A stretch of DNA of 64,000 nucleotides from Sulfurovum sp. (GTDB taxonomy: Bacteria; Campylobacterota; Campylobacteria; Campylobacterales; Sulfurovaceae): the NCBI RefSeq assembly GCF_041562805.1, contig NZ_JBFFOH010000001.1, positions 8,781 through 72,780 on the forward strand, read 5' to 3'. The notes under the pieces are model-generated. The model was not told where the DNA came from and did no database searches. It was given only the letters and a program-made list of their open reading frames with translations. Both the position numbers and the translations under genes were made by a program. Shown one piece after another: positions 10,211 to 19,760 of the stretch. Each line of letters starts with the position of its first letter. Position 1 is the stretch's first letter.

Positions 10211-11838
10211 TGGATAAAATAAAAAAAGTAAATATGATATATAAAATACCAAAAATCGGGCTTTCTGCCCTCACTCTAATGATGCTAAGTGGTTGTGTAA
10301 AACTTGGACCGGATTTTACAGGTGTAGATGCTCCCCCGCTTCCTCAAAATTGGACACATGGCAGTAAAAAAGAAAACTCTGATGCTATGGCACAGTGGTG
10401 GAAAACTTTTGATGATCCCACACTTAATACTTTGGTACAAAAAGCCTATGCACAAAACCTTGATATAAAGAGTGCCGGGTTACGCATTCTACAATCTCGT
10501 GCTGCATTGGGGATAATCAAAGGACTAACCTACCCTCAACTGCAAACACTCTCAGGAAACGCAGCGACAACACGTAACAATGGGAATAGCTTTGAAGTGG
10601 CTGGTCTTAATTTTGATCTAGGCTGGGAGATGGATATTTGGGGCAAATATGCAAGAGGCATAGAGTCTTCAGAAGCAAACCTCTATGCAACAGTCTCTTC
10701 ATATAATGATATTATGGTCTCTGTTATTGCAGAAGTGGCACGTAATTACATCAACTATCGTACTTCAGAAGAGCGTTTGGCATACGCTAGACGAAACGTG
10801 GCTATACAAGAACGTGTGACAAGAATGACTGAGGTACAATTCAATTCAGGTAATGTATCTGAACTCGATATGCAGCAGGCAAGAACCCAACTCTATAATA
10901 CACGTTCAGCACTTCCTTCTTTAGAACTTTCCAAAGTCAAAGCACGTAATGCTATTGCTCTTTTGTTGGCTATGAATTCAAACGAAGTAACCAGATTACT
11001 TTCATCTGGACGTAAAAAGTATGCTGATACCACAAGTAAATATATTGACCAGAATAAAAGAGGTGCTATCCAACTCAAAGAAGGCAGTAATGATCTACTG
11101 AATGTTAGGATGATTCCTAGTGCGCGTTTAAACCCGCATAACAAGATAGATGCAGATTTGATTACAAGAAGACCTGATATAAAAGTAGCAGAATATAAAG
11201 TGCACTCGAATAGTGCTCTCATAGGTTCAAAAATGGCAGAACTCTACCCAAGTTTCTCTTTGTTTGGAAATATTGGATATAACACCAATGATGCTACTGG
11301 TTCATGGATATCTGGAAGTGATGCTTTAGGTGTTGCCATTGGGCCTGCTTTTTCGTGGAATATTTTTCAGTATGACCGTATAAAAAATCAGATACGTTTA
11401 CAAGATGCTGTATTTGAAGAGAGTCTAGTAAATTACAATAAAGAAGTACTCTCTGCAGTCTCTGAAGTCTCTGATGCACTGAATGGTTATATATTGACAA
11501 AGAAACAGCAAGATGAAAACAGAAAAGCAGTGGATGCGACAGTACGTGCATTTAATATATCAGTCATTCAATACAATGATGGATTGGTCAATTATCAGCG
11601 ACTCCTTACGACCGTTGAAAAACTTACCTCTACACAAGATAGATATGCAACCATCAAAGGAAACCTAGCTATCAATGCTATTTCACTCTATAAAGCATTG
11701 GGTGGAGGATGGCAGATGAGTAAAGGAAAATCGTATCTTTCTGCTGATACTGCAGCAAAAATGAAAAAGACGGTAGATTGGGGTAAATATCTCGATGACA
11801 ATATGACACGACTTCCTGAAGGAATGAATAATGACTAA
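10210..11838 (+). CDS. Outer-membrane efflux lipoprotein (NodT/TolC family)
   Basis: Lipobox LSGC, WW.tF.DP.L, WEMDIWG, RRPDI, LYKALGGGW. Confidence 0.95.
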   Translation: MDKIKKVNMIYKIPKIGLSALTLMMLSGCVKLGPDFTGVDAPPLPQNWTHGSKKENSDAMAQWWKTFDDPTLNTLVQKAYAQNLDIKSAGLRILQSRAALGIIKGLTYPQLQTLSGNAATTRNNGNSFEVAGLNFDLGWEMDIWGKYARGIESSEANLYATVSSYNDIMVSVIAEVARNYINYRTSEERLAYARRNVAIQERVTRMTEVQFNSGNVSELDMQQARTQLYNTRSALPSLELSKVKARNAIALLLAMNSNEVTRLLSSGRKKYADTTSKYIDQNKRGAIQLKEGSNDLLNVRMIPSARLNPHNKIDADLITRRPDIKVAEYKVHSNSALIGSKMAELYPSFSLFGNIGYNTNDATGSWISGSDALGVAIGPAFSWNIFQYDRIKNQIRLQDAVFEESLVNYNKEVLSAVSEVSDALNGYILTKKQQDENRKAVDATVRAFNISVIQYNDGLVNYQRLLTTVEKLTSTQDRYATIKGNLAINAISLYKALGGGWQMSKGKSYLSADTAAKMKKTVDWGKYLDDNMTRLPEGMNND

Positions 11839-12046
11839 CAATTACCCTCATGAACTTTCAGTTGGTGATGTCTATTTCTCTCCTATGTTGCTGGTCATTA
11901 TTTTAGCTTTTTTAGCAGCAGGTCTTACAGTACTTGTTTTAAATAAATTAAAAGTCTCACGTTCCATCGTTGCACCATCTTATGTATTTATAGCTATTAT
12001 GGCACTCTATATGGTCTTAATAGATGCATTTTGGATTAAATTTTAA
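11831..12046 (+). CDS. DUF1656 (AaeX-like) small membrane protein
   Basis: PHELSVGDVYFSP motif, 2 TM helices, located between OMF and HlyD. Confidence 0.8.
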   Translation: MTNNYPHELSVGDVYFSPMLLVIILAFLAAGLTVLVLNKLKVSRSIVAPSYVFIAIMALYMVLIDAFWIKF

Positions 12047-12055
12047 AGGTTATTC

Positions 12056-12940
12056 ATGACAAAAATTATAAAAATATTACTTACATTATCTATTATTGGA
12101 ATTGCTGCATTTTTTTCGTACAATAAATATAAAGAATATATAGAGAATCCATGGACTAGAGATGGACAGGTACGTACACAAGTCATTCAAGTAACACCAC
12201 GTGTGAATGGTATGGTCACTAAGATCCATGTAGTAGATAATCAAAAAGTGAAAACAGGTGATCTGCTTTTTGAGATCGATCCTTCTCAATATCAAGTCAA
12301 GGTAGATCAATCCAAAGCTAGACTCCAGCGTACACTTGAAGGAGCAAAGGGAACGAAAATAGAGTATGAACGTGTTAAAAATATCTATGCCAAAGATAAG
12401 GGTGCGGTTTCTCAGAAGGATTTAGTACGTAATGAAACCAACTATTATAAATCTTTAGCAGACATAGATTCATCTACAGAAGCACTAAACACTGCAAAAC
12501 TAAACCTTTCCTATACAAAAGTGTATGCAGAAGTAGATGGGTATGTCTCAAATATCAACTTTCAAATAGGTTCACAGGCTTCAGCTAATAAACCAATATT
12601 GGCATTGGTAGATGAAAATGCTTACTGGGTCTTTGGCTTCTTCCGAGAAGATGCAATACCGGAAGTAGAAGTAGGAGATAACGCAATGGTTACACTCCTC
12701 GCATATCCGGATACCCCACTTAGTGGAAAAGTAGAATCTATAGCTTGGGGTATCGCACATTCTGACGGTAACCCTGGAAACAATCTACTCCCAAGTGTGA
12801 AGCCGGTATTTCAATGGATACGTCTTGCACAAAGAATCCCTGTACGTATTAAGTTGGATACATTACCGGATAATGTGAAGCTACGCTTTGGACTGACTGC
12901 CTCAGTAATGGTTATGAAGCGTACAGAAGAGAAGAAGTAG
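12056..12940 (+). CDS. HlyD/AaeA-family efflux periplasmic adaptor
   Basis: PWTRDGQV, V.DNQ.V..GD.LF.ID, WIRLAQRIPVRI. Confidence 0.92.
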   Translation: MTKIIKILLTLSIIGIAAFFSYNKYKEYIENPWTRDGQVRTQVIQVTPRVNGMVTKIHVVDNQKVKTGDLLFEIDPSQYQVKVDQSKARLQRTLEGAKGTKIEYERVKNIYAKDKGAVSQKDLVRNETNYYKSLADIDSSTEALNTAKLNLSYTKVYAEVDGYVSNINFQIGSQASANKPILALVDENAYWVFGFFREDAIPEVEVGDNAMVTLLAYPDTPLSGKVESIAWGIAHSDGNPGNNLLPSVKPVFQWIRLAQRIPVRIKLDTLPDNVKLRFGLTASVMVMKRTEEKK

Positions 12941-12993
12941 CTTGTAAAACAATTATGGTAAAATTCCGACCATAAACAAAGTAAGGAATTGAT

Positions 12994-14574
12994 GTGTTTA
13001 ATATTCAAAACTATTCGAACCAAAACATTAAAAATGACATTCTATCTGGAGCACTGGTCTCAGTCGCTCTTGTCCCTGAAGCTATAGCCTTTTCATTTAT
13101 CGCAGGGGTTTCTCCTGTCGTTGGACTGTATGGTGCATTTATCATCGGACTTATCACTGCCCTACTTGGTGGTAAACCGGGAATGATATCGGGAGCTACA
13201 GGTTCTGTAGCTGTTGTATTTGTCTCTCTTGGACTTTCAGTGAAACATATGTACCCGGATCTTTCTACGGAAGATCTTTCTATGATGATACTCCACTATA
13301 TTCTACTGGCGTCTATCATTGCAGGATTGATACAGATAGCGATCGGAGCTATGAAGATGGGTAAGTTTATCCGTTTAGTGCCCCAACCTGCCCTTTTTGG
13401 ATTCGTAAATGGACTTGCCATTGTCATAGCTATAGCTCAACTTCCCTTCCTTGCGCCTGCAAACATAGAACAATACAGCACATGGATAGACATTATAAAA
13501 GCCAGTTTCTCTGAGAACTATATTATGTATATTATTATTATGGTAACGATGGCTACAATGCAGTATTTACCTAAGATAAGTAAGGCCGTACCTGCCGGTC
13601 TTGTAGCGATCATTGTAGTAACACTAGTGGTGTATTTTGCTAATATCGATACTCGAACGGTTGGTGATCTTGCAGATCTTTCCAATGTATCCATGCCAAG
13701 TTTTATACTTCCTGATCTCTCTTTGTTCTCATGGGCTTCTATGGCTATCATATTGCCTACAGCTATAATTGTTGCACTGGTTGGGCTTATAGAATCTTTA
13801 CTGACACTTTCTGTACTTGATGAGATGGGTGGAGAACGTGGTTCTGGAAACAAAGAGTGTATTGCTCTTGGTGTGGGAAATACCACTTCTGGACTCTTTG
13901 GAGGTATGGCAGGATGTGCAATGATAGGTCAATCTGTTATTAACTTTACCTCTGGTGGTCTAGGGCGCCTTTCATCTTTTACGGCAGCTGTTTTACTCAT
14001 TATCCTTGTGGTAAGTTTTTCAAGTGTTATTGCCGCTATTCCTGTGGCTGTCCTTGTGGGTATCATGTTTATGGTAAGTATCGGTACATTTGAGTTTTCT
14101 TCACTCAAACGTATCAAACATATGCCACGTTCAGATGCGTTTGTTTTGGTGGTTGTTACTATCATTACAGTACTTGAAGACCTTGCCGTAGCTGTGATAG
14201 CAGGTATCATCATCTCTGCACTTGTTTTTGCATGGGAACATGCAAAGATCTTTGCTCGTACAAAAGAAGAAGATAATAAAAAGATATATGAGCTGGACGG
14301 ACCTCTTTTCTTCGGTTCTGTTACCTCATTTAATGAACAGTTTGATGTGGAAAATGATCCATCAGAAGTAATTATCGACTTCAAGCAAGCTAGAGTAATG
14401 GACTCGTCAGGTGCTGAGGCTATCGATGGCATTACTGAAAAGTATAAACAAGCAGGTAAGAAACTTTCACTTAGACACCTTTCAGAAGATTGCAAGCAGA
14501 CACTCAAGTCAGCTGGTCCTTTCTGTACATATGAAGAAGATGATCCTACCTATAAAGTGGCACATAACGTATAA
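12994..14574 (+). CDS. SulP (SLC26) family inorganic anion transporter with STAS domain
   Basis: LVPEAIAF, GG.PGMISGATG, GCAMIGQS, GPLFFGS, and the STAS motif D.SG.EAI. GTG start. Confidence 0.93.
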   Translation: MFNIQNYSNQNIKNDILSGALVSVALVPEAIAFSFIAGVSPVVGLYGAFIIGLITALLGGKPGMISGATGSVAVVFVSLGLSVKHMYPDLSTEDLSMMILHYILLASIIAGLIQIAIGAMKMGKFIRLVPQPALFGFVNGLAIVIAIAQLPFLAPANIEQYSTWIDIIKASFSENYIMYIIIMVTMATMQYLPKISKAVPAGLVAIIVVTLVVYFANIDTRTVGDLADLSNVSMPSFILPDLSLFSWASMAIILPTAIIVALVGLIESLLTLSVLDEMGGERGSGNKECIALGVGNTTSGLFGGMAGCAMIGQSVINFTSGGLGRLSSFTAAVLLIILVVSFSSVIAAIPVAVLVGIMFMVSIGTFEFSSLKRIKHMPRSDAFVLVVVTIITVLEDLAVAVIAGIIISALVFAWEHAKIFARTKEEDNKKIYELDGPLFFGSVTSFNEQFDVENDPSEVIIDFKQARVMDSSGAEAIDGITEKYKQAGKKLSLRHLSEDCKQTLKSAGPFCTYEEDDPTYKVAHNV

Positions 14575-14594
14575 TTCTTATATGGCGGTAGTTA

Positions 14595-15320
14595 TCATCG
14601 ATCATCCATATGTTCTTTGATAATTGCCATCATATCATCCATTGACTCACCTGCTTTTTTCTGAATAAAATGCTCAAAGTATTCATCAACGTAAGACTTA
14701 GGATCAAATTTACTTGCAGTCTCCTGACGTTTTGGATCAATCAGGATGGAGTGTTTAAACTCTTTTGAAATAGGAACAATGTCGATCACCGCACCGCTTG
14801 TGCCTATAGCGATGAAAAGCGTGCAATGGCGTATAGCTTCTTGTATGTGACTGTACTCCGGCGCCGCTTCACCAAACATGACGACATTGTGACGAACCCT
14901 TTTATTTCCACAATGTGGACAGTGTTCATTACCCTCTTGATGTGCATATCCAACATGAAACGTCTCTGTACATGCCTCACAGCGTAGATCAGTTAGCGTA
15001 CCATGAAGATGTATCACATCTTTAGCACCCGCTTTCTCCATAAGGTTATCAATATTTTGGGTCAGATGAATAACTCTTCCCCGATAATCGTGTTCAAGTT
15101 GGGCCAACATCTTATGCGCATGATTAGGCTCTTTAAATTCAAGATCACGTCTTCTGTCGTTGTAAAAACGGGTTACATATTGGCGGTCTGCAATCCAGCC
15201 TTGCGTAGAGCAGACCTTCATGACATCATGGTTTTCCCAAAGACCGTCATGGTCTCTAAAGGTACGGATACCACTCTCGGCAGAGAGTCCGGCACCGCTT
15301 AGTATCATAATTTTTTTCAT
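14595..15320 (-). CDS. cobB: NAD-dependent protein deacylase (sirtuin)
   Basis: GAGLSAESGI.TFR, TQNID.L.E.AG, HLHG, two CxxC pairs, IGTS. Start placed at MKKIMIL. Confidence 0.9.
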   Translation of the reverse strand: MKKIMILSGAGLSAESGIRTFRDHDGLWENHDVMKVCSTQGWIADRQYVTRFYNDRRRDLEFKEPNHAHKMLAQLEHDYRGRVIHLTQNIDNLMEKAGAKDVIHLHGTLTDLRCEACTETFHVGYAHQEGNEHCPHCGNKRVRHNVVMFGEAAPEYSHIQEAIRHCTLFIAIGTSGAVIDIVPISKEFKHSILIDPKRQETASKFDPKSYVDEYFEHFIQKKAGESMDDMMAIIKEHMDDR

Positions 15321-15520
15321 TATTGCACCTGTGATATATGCATCCAAATCACTGCCAGAACGTTTAACTGCTAAAGTGATCGATGTAAACTGTTGTATGT
15401 TTATATTTGTATTTTAGCAGAACTGACATTTAAAATGCCAGATTCTTCCAGTATCTATAATTTAGCATTACATATCTTTTCTATACCCATTATGCTACTA
15501 TATAGTATAAAAGGATAAGA

Positions 15521-16213
15521 ATGTTTTATAAATACATTACTATTGCACTACTTCTCACATCTTATACATTTTGTCAAGAAGCAGGATTGGAGTATGATGG
15601 TATACCTGTAAAAACCACTGATACAAAGGGTCATAGTGTATATACAGTTGTAAAACGGGATATCCCAAAAGAATGTAAAAAAATACTTAGTAATAATACT
15701 ATGCTATGGACAGGAAACTATGCGCATGCTAAAGTACCCGAATCATGTAAGTCTACTTATGTACATACAGTAGGTGGTCATATTTTACCAATGTTCATAG
15801 ATGAGGACATTAATACCTATGGTGAACTTGAGGTCTTGGCTTTTATAAAAAAGATGCAAACAGATGATTCTATGATGCTCATAGATGTATGTAGAGAAGA
15901 ATTTTATAATTATCGGACTATACCAGGTGCAGTGAATATGCCTTTTTATCATTTTAAAGAGCGTGAGAGTTTTGAATTTGAATTTGAACAGAATATGAGA
16001 GATCTTGGAGTATACATTAATACCCGTGATGATAGTTTGGACTTTACGAAAGCCAAAACAATAACTATATTTTGTAATGGACCTTGGTGCAGTCTCTCTG
16101 TGACGATGATAGAAGCTTTGCTAGACATAGGGTATCCTGCAGAAAAGATAAACTGGTATCGTGGAGGTATGCAGGAATGGTTGGCCTCAGGTATGACTTC
16201 TACTAGAAAATGA
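15521..16213 (+). CDS. Exported rhodanese-domain protein (paralog 1)
   Basis: Signal peptide; TIPGAVN, active-site FCNGPWC, WYRGGMQEW. Confidence 0.88.
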   Translation: MFYKYITIALLLTSYTFCQEAGLEYDGIPVKTTDTKGHSVYTVVKRDIPKECKKILSNNTMLWTGNYAHAKVPESCKSTYVHTVGGHILPMFIDEDINTYGELEVLAFIKKMQTDDSMMLIDVCREEFYNYRTIPGAVNMPFYHFKERESFEFEFEQNMRDLGVYINTRDDSLDFTKAKTITIFCNGPWCSLSVTMIEALLDIGYPAEKINWYRGGMQEWLASGMTSTRK

Positions 16214-16294
16214 CATTAGGCAGAGTGTAGTTTTATTCTTACTACACACACTTTCTACAGTTAATATGTTAATATAATGCATAAAGGATGTTCC

Positions 16295-16981
16295 ATGTTT
16301 TATAAAACGATCACTACTTCATTACTTTTAGCTTCTTTGACATTGTCTGCAAACACAGGTTTTGAATATGATGGTATCACTATAAAGACCATTGACGCAA
16401 GCGGTAAAATAAAACCTATAATTGTAAAACGTGACATTCCAGAAGAGTGTAAGAAAGTACCTATCAATAATACTATGGTTTGGACAGGAAATTACGCTCA
16501 TCTAAAAGTACCAGATGCATGTAAGTCTACCTATGTTCATACTACAGGGAAACTACTGCCTATGCATTTACATGAAGATATAAGTACCTATGGAGAGCTC
16601 GAAGTCTTGGCTTTTATGAAAGAAATGCAGAGTGATGACTCTATGCTGCTGATAGATGGACGTAAGCAAGATTGGTATGATTATCGTACGATACCAGGTG
16701 CGGTGAATCTACCTTTTCATCATTTTAAAGAGCGTGAAAGTTTTGAGTTTGAGTTTGAACATGCATTAAGGACACTTGGTGTAGTTATAGATGAAGATGA
16801 TACATTTGATTTTACAAAAGCTAAAACCATAGCTATCTTCTGTAATGGGCCATGGTGTAGTCAGTCAGTGGCTATGATAGAAGCACTACTGGAGATAGGT
16901 TATCCACCTGAAAAGATAAACTGGTATCGTGGAGGTATTCAGACCTGGTTGGCTGCAGGAATGACCTGTACACGGGATTAG
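16295..16981 (+). CDS. Exported rhodanese-domain protein (paralog 2)
   Basis: SD AAGGA before ATG 16295; IDGR..W...TIPGA, FCNGPWCSQS, WYRGG. Confidence 0.9.
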   Translation: MFYKTITTSLLLASLTLSANTGFEYDGITIKTIDASGKIKPIIVKRDIPEECKKVPINNTMVWTGNYAHLKVPDACKSTYVHTTGKLLPMHLHEDISTYGELEVLAFMKEMQSDDSMLLIDGRKQDWYDYRTIPGAVNLPFHHFKERESFEFEFEHALRTLGVVIDEDDTFDFTKAKTIAIFCNGPWCSQSVAMIEALLEIGYPPEKINWYRGGIQTWLAAGMTCTRD

Positions 16982-17104
16982 AGGTCACAATAGTTCCTTA
17001 TAAATAAAACCATACAAGTTATTCATACAGACTAATATTCTTCTCTTCAATGCATTACACATATTCTGCACGCTCCTCCCTTATACTAAAGAAAAAAGGA
17101 GCAT

Positions 17105-17800
17105 ATGATGTTTAAAATTATTTTTTTATGTATCATCTTTATCTCTTTTTCTAAAGGAGATAATACTTCATCACATATGAGCAGTGTAGGAACTGATCAT
17201 ATTAACAGTTCAGGTGAGATACAACATATCACCATAAAGCGTGAGATCGATCCGTTATGTAAGAATATCCATATCACCAATGAAATGTTTTGGCAGAGTA
17301 AGTATGCCAGCAAATCTGTCCCTGATGTTTGTAAATCGACTTTTATAACGAGTGCTGGTAAAACAATTTATCCTATGCAGCTACACAAAGGTGTGGAAAC
17401 GTATGGAGAAGTAGAAGTGTTGGCATTTATCAAACAAATGCAAGAGGACAATACCATGCTGATGATAGACACACGGGATGAAGAATGGTATGAGTATCGT
17501 ACCATACCTGGTGCAATGAATATACATTATGTCTATATAATGATGACCATAGTATTTGAAGAGGAATATAAAGTTTCATTAGAGAAGCTAGGCATTATCG
17601 GTAATAAAAAGTCTTATGATTTTTCTCAAGCTAAAACCATTTTAGTATTTTGTAATGGTGCCTGGTGCAGCCAATCTCCAAAAATGGTTAAAGCCCTACT
17701 CACTTTGGGTTACCCACCTGAAAAGATAAAATGGTACAGAGGCGGAATGGATGACTGGCTTGGTTTGAGTATGACCACTACCAAGAAGTATCAATTGTAA
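17105..17800 (+). CDS. Exported rhodanese-domain protein (paralog 3)
   Basis: IDTR..W...TIPGA, FCNGAWCSQS, WYRGGM. Confidence 0.9.
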   Translation: MMFKIIFLCIIFISFSKGDNTSSHMSSVGTDHINSSGEIQHITIKREIDPLCKNIHITNEMFWQSKYASKSVPDVCKSTFITSAGKTIYPMQLHKGVETYGEVEVLAFIKQMQEDNTMLMIDTRDEEWYEYRTIPGAMNIHYVYIMMTIVFEEEYKVSLEKLGIIGNKKSYDFSQAKTILVFCNGAWCSQSPKMVKALLTLGYPPEKIKWYRGGMDDWLGLSMTTTKKYQL

Positions 17801-17817
17801 GATATAGCTACACAGTT

Positions 17818-17844
17818 ATGACTTCTACATAAAGCAGAAGTCAT
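17818..17844. terminator. Hairpin between convergent genes (probable bidirectional terminator)
   Basis: ATGACTTCT-N9-AGAAGTCAT, a perfect 9-bp inverted repeat. Confidence 0.55.
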
Positions 17845-17861
17845 CATTTCAAAAAAAAGGA

Positions 17862-18608
17862 TTATTCTACAACAACCCTTGCATTTACCTTTTGGATAGG
17901 TCTGTTATTAGGATGATGCATTGTATGAAGAAATGACTCTACTTGCTCCTTAGAAATGCTCACAGGTGTTTTAAGTACAAACCAGCGTACACCTTCTGTA
18001 CATGGTGGTGTAGTCAATGAACCGTTAAATCTATAATAGTCTTTATTATCAGGCAAAAGTGAAGATGCAATATCTGACAAGACTAACTCATTTGTGTCTC
18101 CACCATTTTTTGGCATCTTTTCCCATACTTTTGACAGTTCAGCATTTTCAGTACCCTCTTCAAACATAAGTGCAAGTACAGCGATATTCCCATCTTTATC
18201 TAAATGGACAAAATGTGCCTCAAGTGGAAATGATTTACCATCTATGTTGTTTTCACTTGGTGTATGAAAGTGAAATTGTTTAAGTTCAAAGATAACATCG
18301 TCTACAACCAATGTGTTTCCAGCTTCAAAATTGACTTGAACCGTATGGCCATTATTGAGTATATCTTTAGATGCGTTAGTATAAGAAATCTTAAGTGCTT
18401 CAAGATCCGCATCCATGGAACTTCTTACATTGATTGGAGACTGGTTTTTTCCTTCGCTGCAAGTATGATATTTAGGTGAAAGTGTACCCCATGTATCTGG
18501 TGAATTGTGTCCCGTATAACCCCAATGTGCGTTCTCACTTTTTGGTGCTGTATTGTTTGCCAATAACATCATGGTAGATGCTAAAAGTATTGATGTAGCC
18601 TTTTTCAT
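17862..18608 (-). CDS. cah: Periplasmic alpha-carbonic anhydrase
   Basis: Signal peptide, HWGY, QSPIN, QFHFHTPSE, EAHFVH, GSLTTPPCTEGV. Confidence 0.95.
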   Translation of the reverse strand: MKKATSILLASTMMLLANNTAPKSENAHWGYTGHNSPDTWGTLSPKYHTCSEGKNQSPINVRSSMDADLEALKISYTNASKDILNNGHTVQVNFEAGNTLVVDDVIFELKQFHFHTPSENNIDGKSFPLEAHFVHLDKDGNIAVLALMFEEGTENAELSKVWEKMPKNGGDTNELVLSDIASSLLPDNKDYYRFNGSLTTPPCTEGVRWFVLKTPVSISKEQVESFLHTMHHPNNRPIQKVNARVVVE

Positions 18609-18926
18609 AAATGATCCTTTTTAAATTGTGGATAAAGTATAAAATTAATTGAATAAAAAAAGAGGGAAAAAGGTGAAAAAAGAGTTAAAAGAGTTAAAAA
18701 TATCAGTAAATCTGTCAAGTGTATGAATATCATTCAATTAAACTGTTTATGGATAGCAAAACTATTGTACTTGTACTAAATAAAAAACATTCCAACGATA
18801 AGAAGTATAAAGGGACCAGATGCTAACAAATAGATCTTTTTTTGTGTTTTTGCGGTTTTATGTATACCCCAAAAGAACAAGATCACACTCAAAATAAAGA
18901 GTATTAGGATCATAGCATTTGTCATC

Positions 18927-19136
18927 TTACTTCTCCAACTCTTCTTTACCTATTTTATCGACCATTTTAATACTCTCAAGTGCGTTATTGAGTATTTTCT
19001 TTGTTGAGGTAAGAGGTTTCATATGTAGGTTGGTCTGTTTTTTGTCAAGACTTTCATCCATGAGTACAGACATGACTTCCATTTCAAGTTCTTTGATGAT
19101 CTCATTCATTTTATCTTCTATAAAATCTATATTCAT
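18927..19136 (-). CDS. Conserved hypothetical helical protein (69 aa)
   Basis: SD AAGGA, directly downstream of mog on the same strand. Confidence 0.7.
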   Translation of the reverse strand: MNIDFIEDKMNEIIKELEMEVMSVLMDESLDKKQTNLHMKPLTSTKKILNNALESIKMVDKIGKEELEK

Positions 19137-19161
19137 ATTAATTAGTATGTCCTTATTTTAC

Positions 19162-19695
19162 TTACTTTGACTTAGGTCTAAATATTTTAATAACCTCTTC
19201 GTTTGCTTCCATGAAATTTCCACCTATAAGGTCGATACAGTACGGAACAGCAGGGAAAACAGCATCTAAACATTCACGTATTGACTTTGGTTTTCCAGGA
19301 AGATTGATGATAAGTGAGCCATTACAGATACCAGCTGTTTGACGTGATAGAATGGCTGTTGGTACATACTGTAGACTTACTGCCCTCATCTGCTCTCCAA
19401 AGCCTGGAAGAAGCTTTTGACATACATTTTCTGTTGCTTCAGTTGTAACATCTCTTGGTGCAGGACCTGTTCCGCCAGTGGTGACTATAAGGTCACAATT
19501 TTCATCACGTGAAAGCTTTATAAGCGTTGTTTCTATAAGACTTTGTTCATCTGGTATACATCTATACTCATATTCACACTCATTGAGTAAATACTCTTTC
19601 ATTGTATCCATAATGGCTATACCGGAGATATCTTCGTAAATCCCTTGTGAAGCTCTGTCGCTTGTGGTGATAACACCTATCTTGATCTTCTCCAT
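19162..19695 (-). CDS. mog: Molybdopterin adenylyltransferase
   Basis: SDRAS.G.YED.SG, TTGGTG...RDVT.EA, INLPG.P; alternative start at 19704. Confidence 0.95.
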   Translation of the reverse strand: MEKIKIGVITTSDRASQGIYEDISGIAIMDTMKEYLLNECEYEYRCIPDEQSLIETTLIKLSRDENCDLIVTTGGTGPAPRDVTTEATENVCQKLLPGFGEQMRAVSLQYVPTAILSRQTAGICNGSLIINLPGKPKSIRECLDAVFPAVPYCIDLIGGNFMEANEEVIKIFRPKSK

Positions 19696-19760
19696 CAGTA
19701 ACATTTCCTTCTTGATGTATTATAATTTTACGCATTATATCGTAATAATATTTTAGGGTC

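Noticed and set aside
18655-18700. A-rich short tandem repeats (GAGTTAAAA twice) upstream of the carbonic anhydrase
   Set aside because: Low complexity, and consistent with the periodic T-tracts of Campylobacterota promoters on the minus strand.
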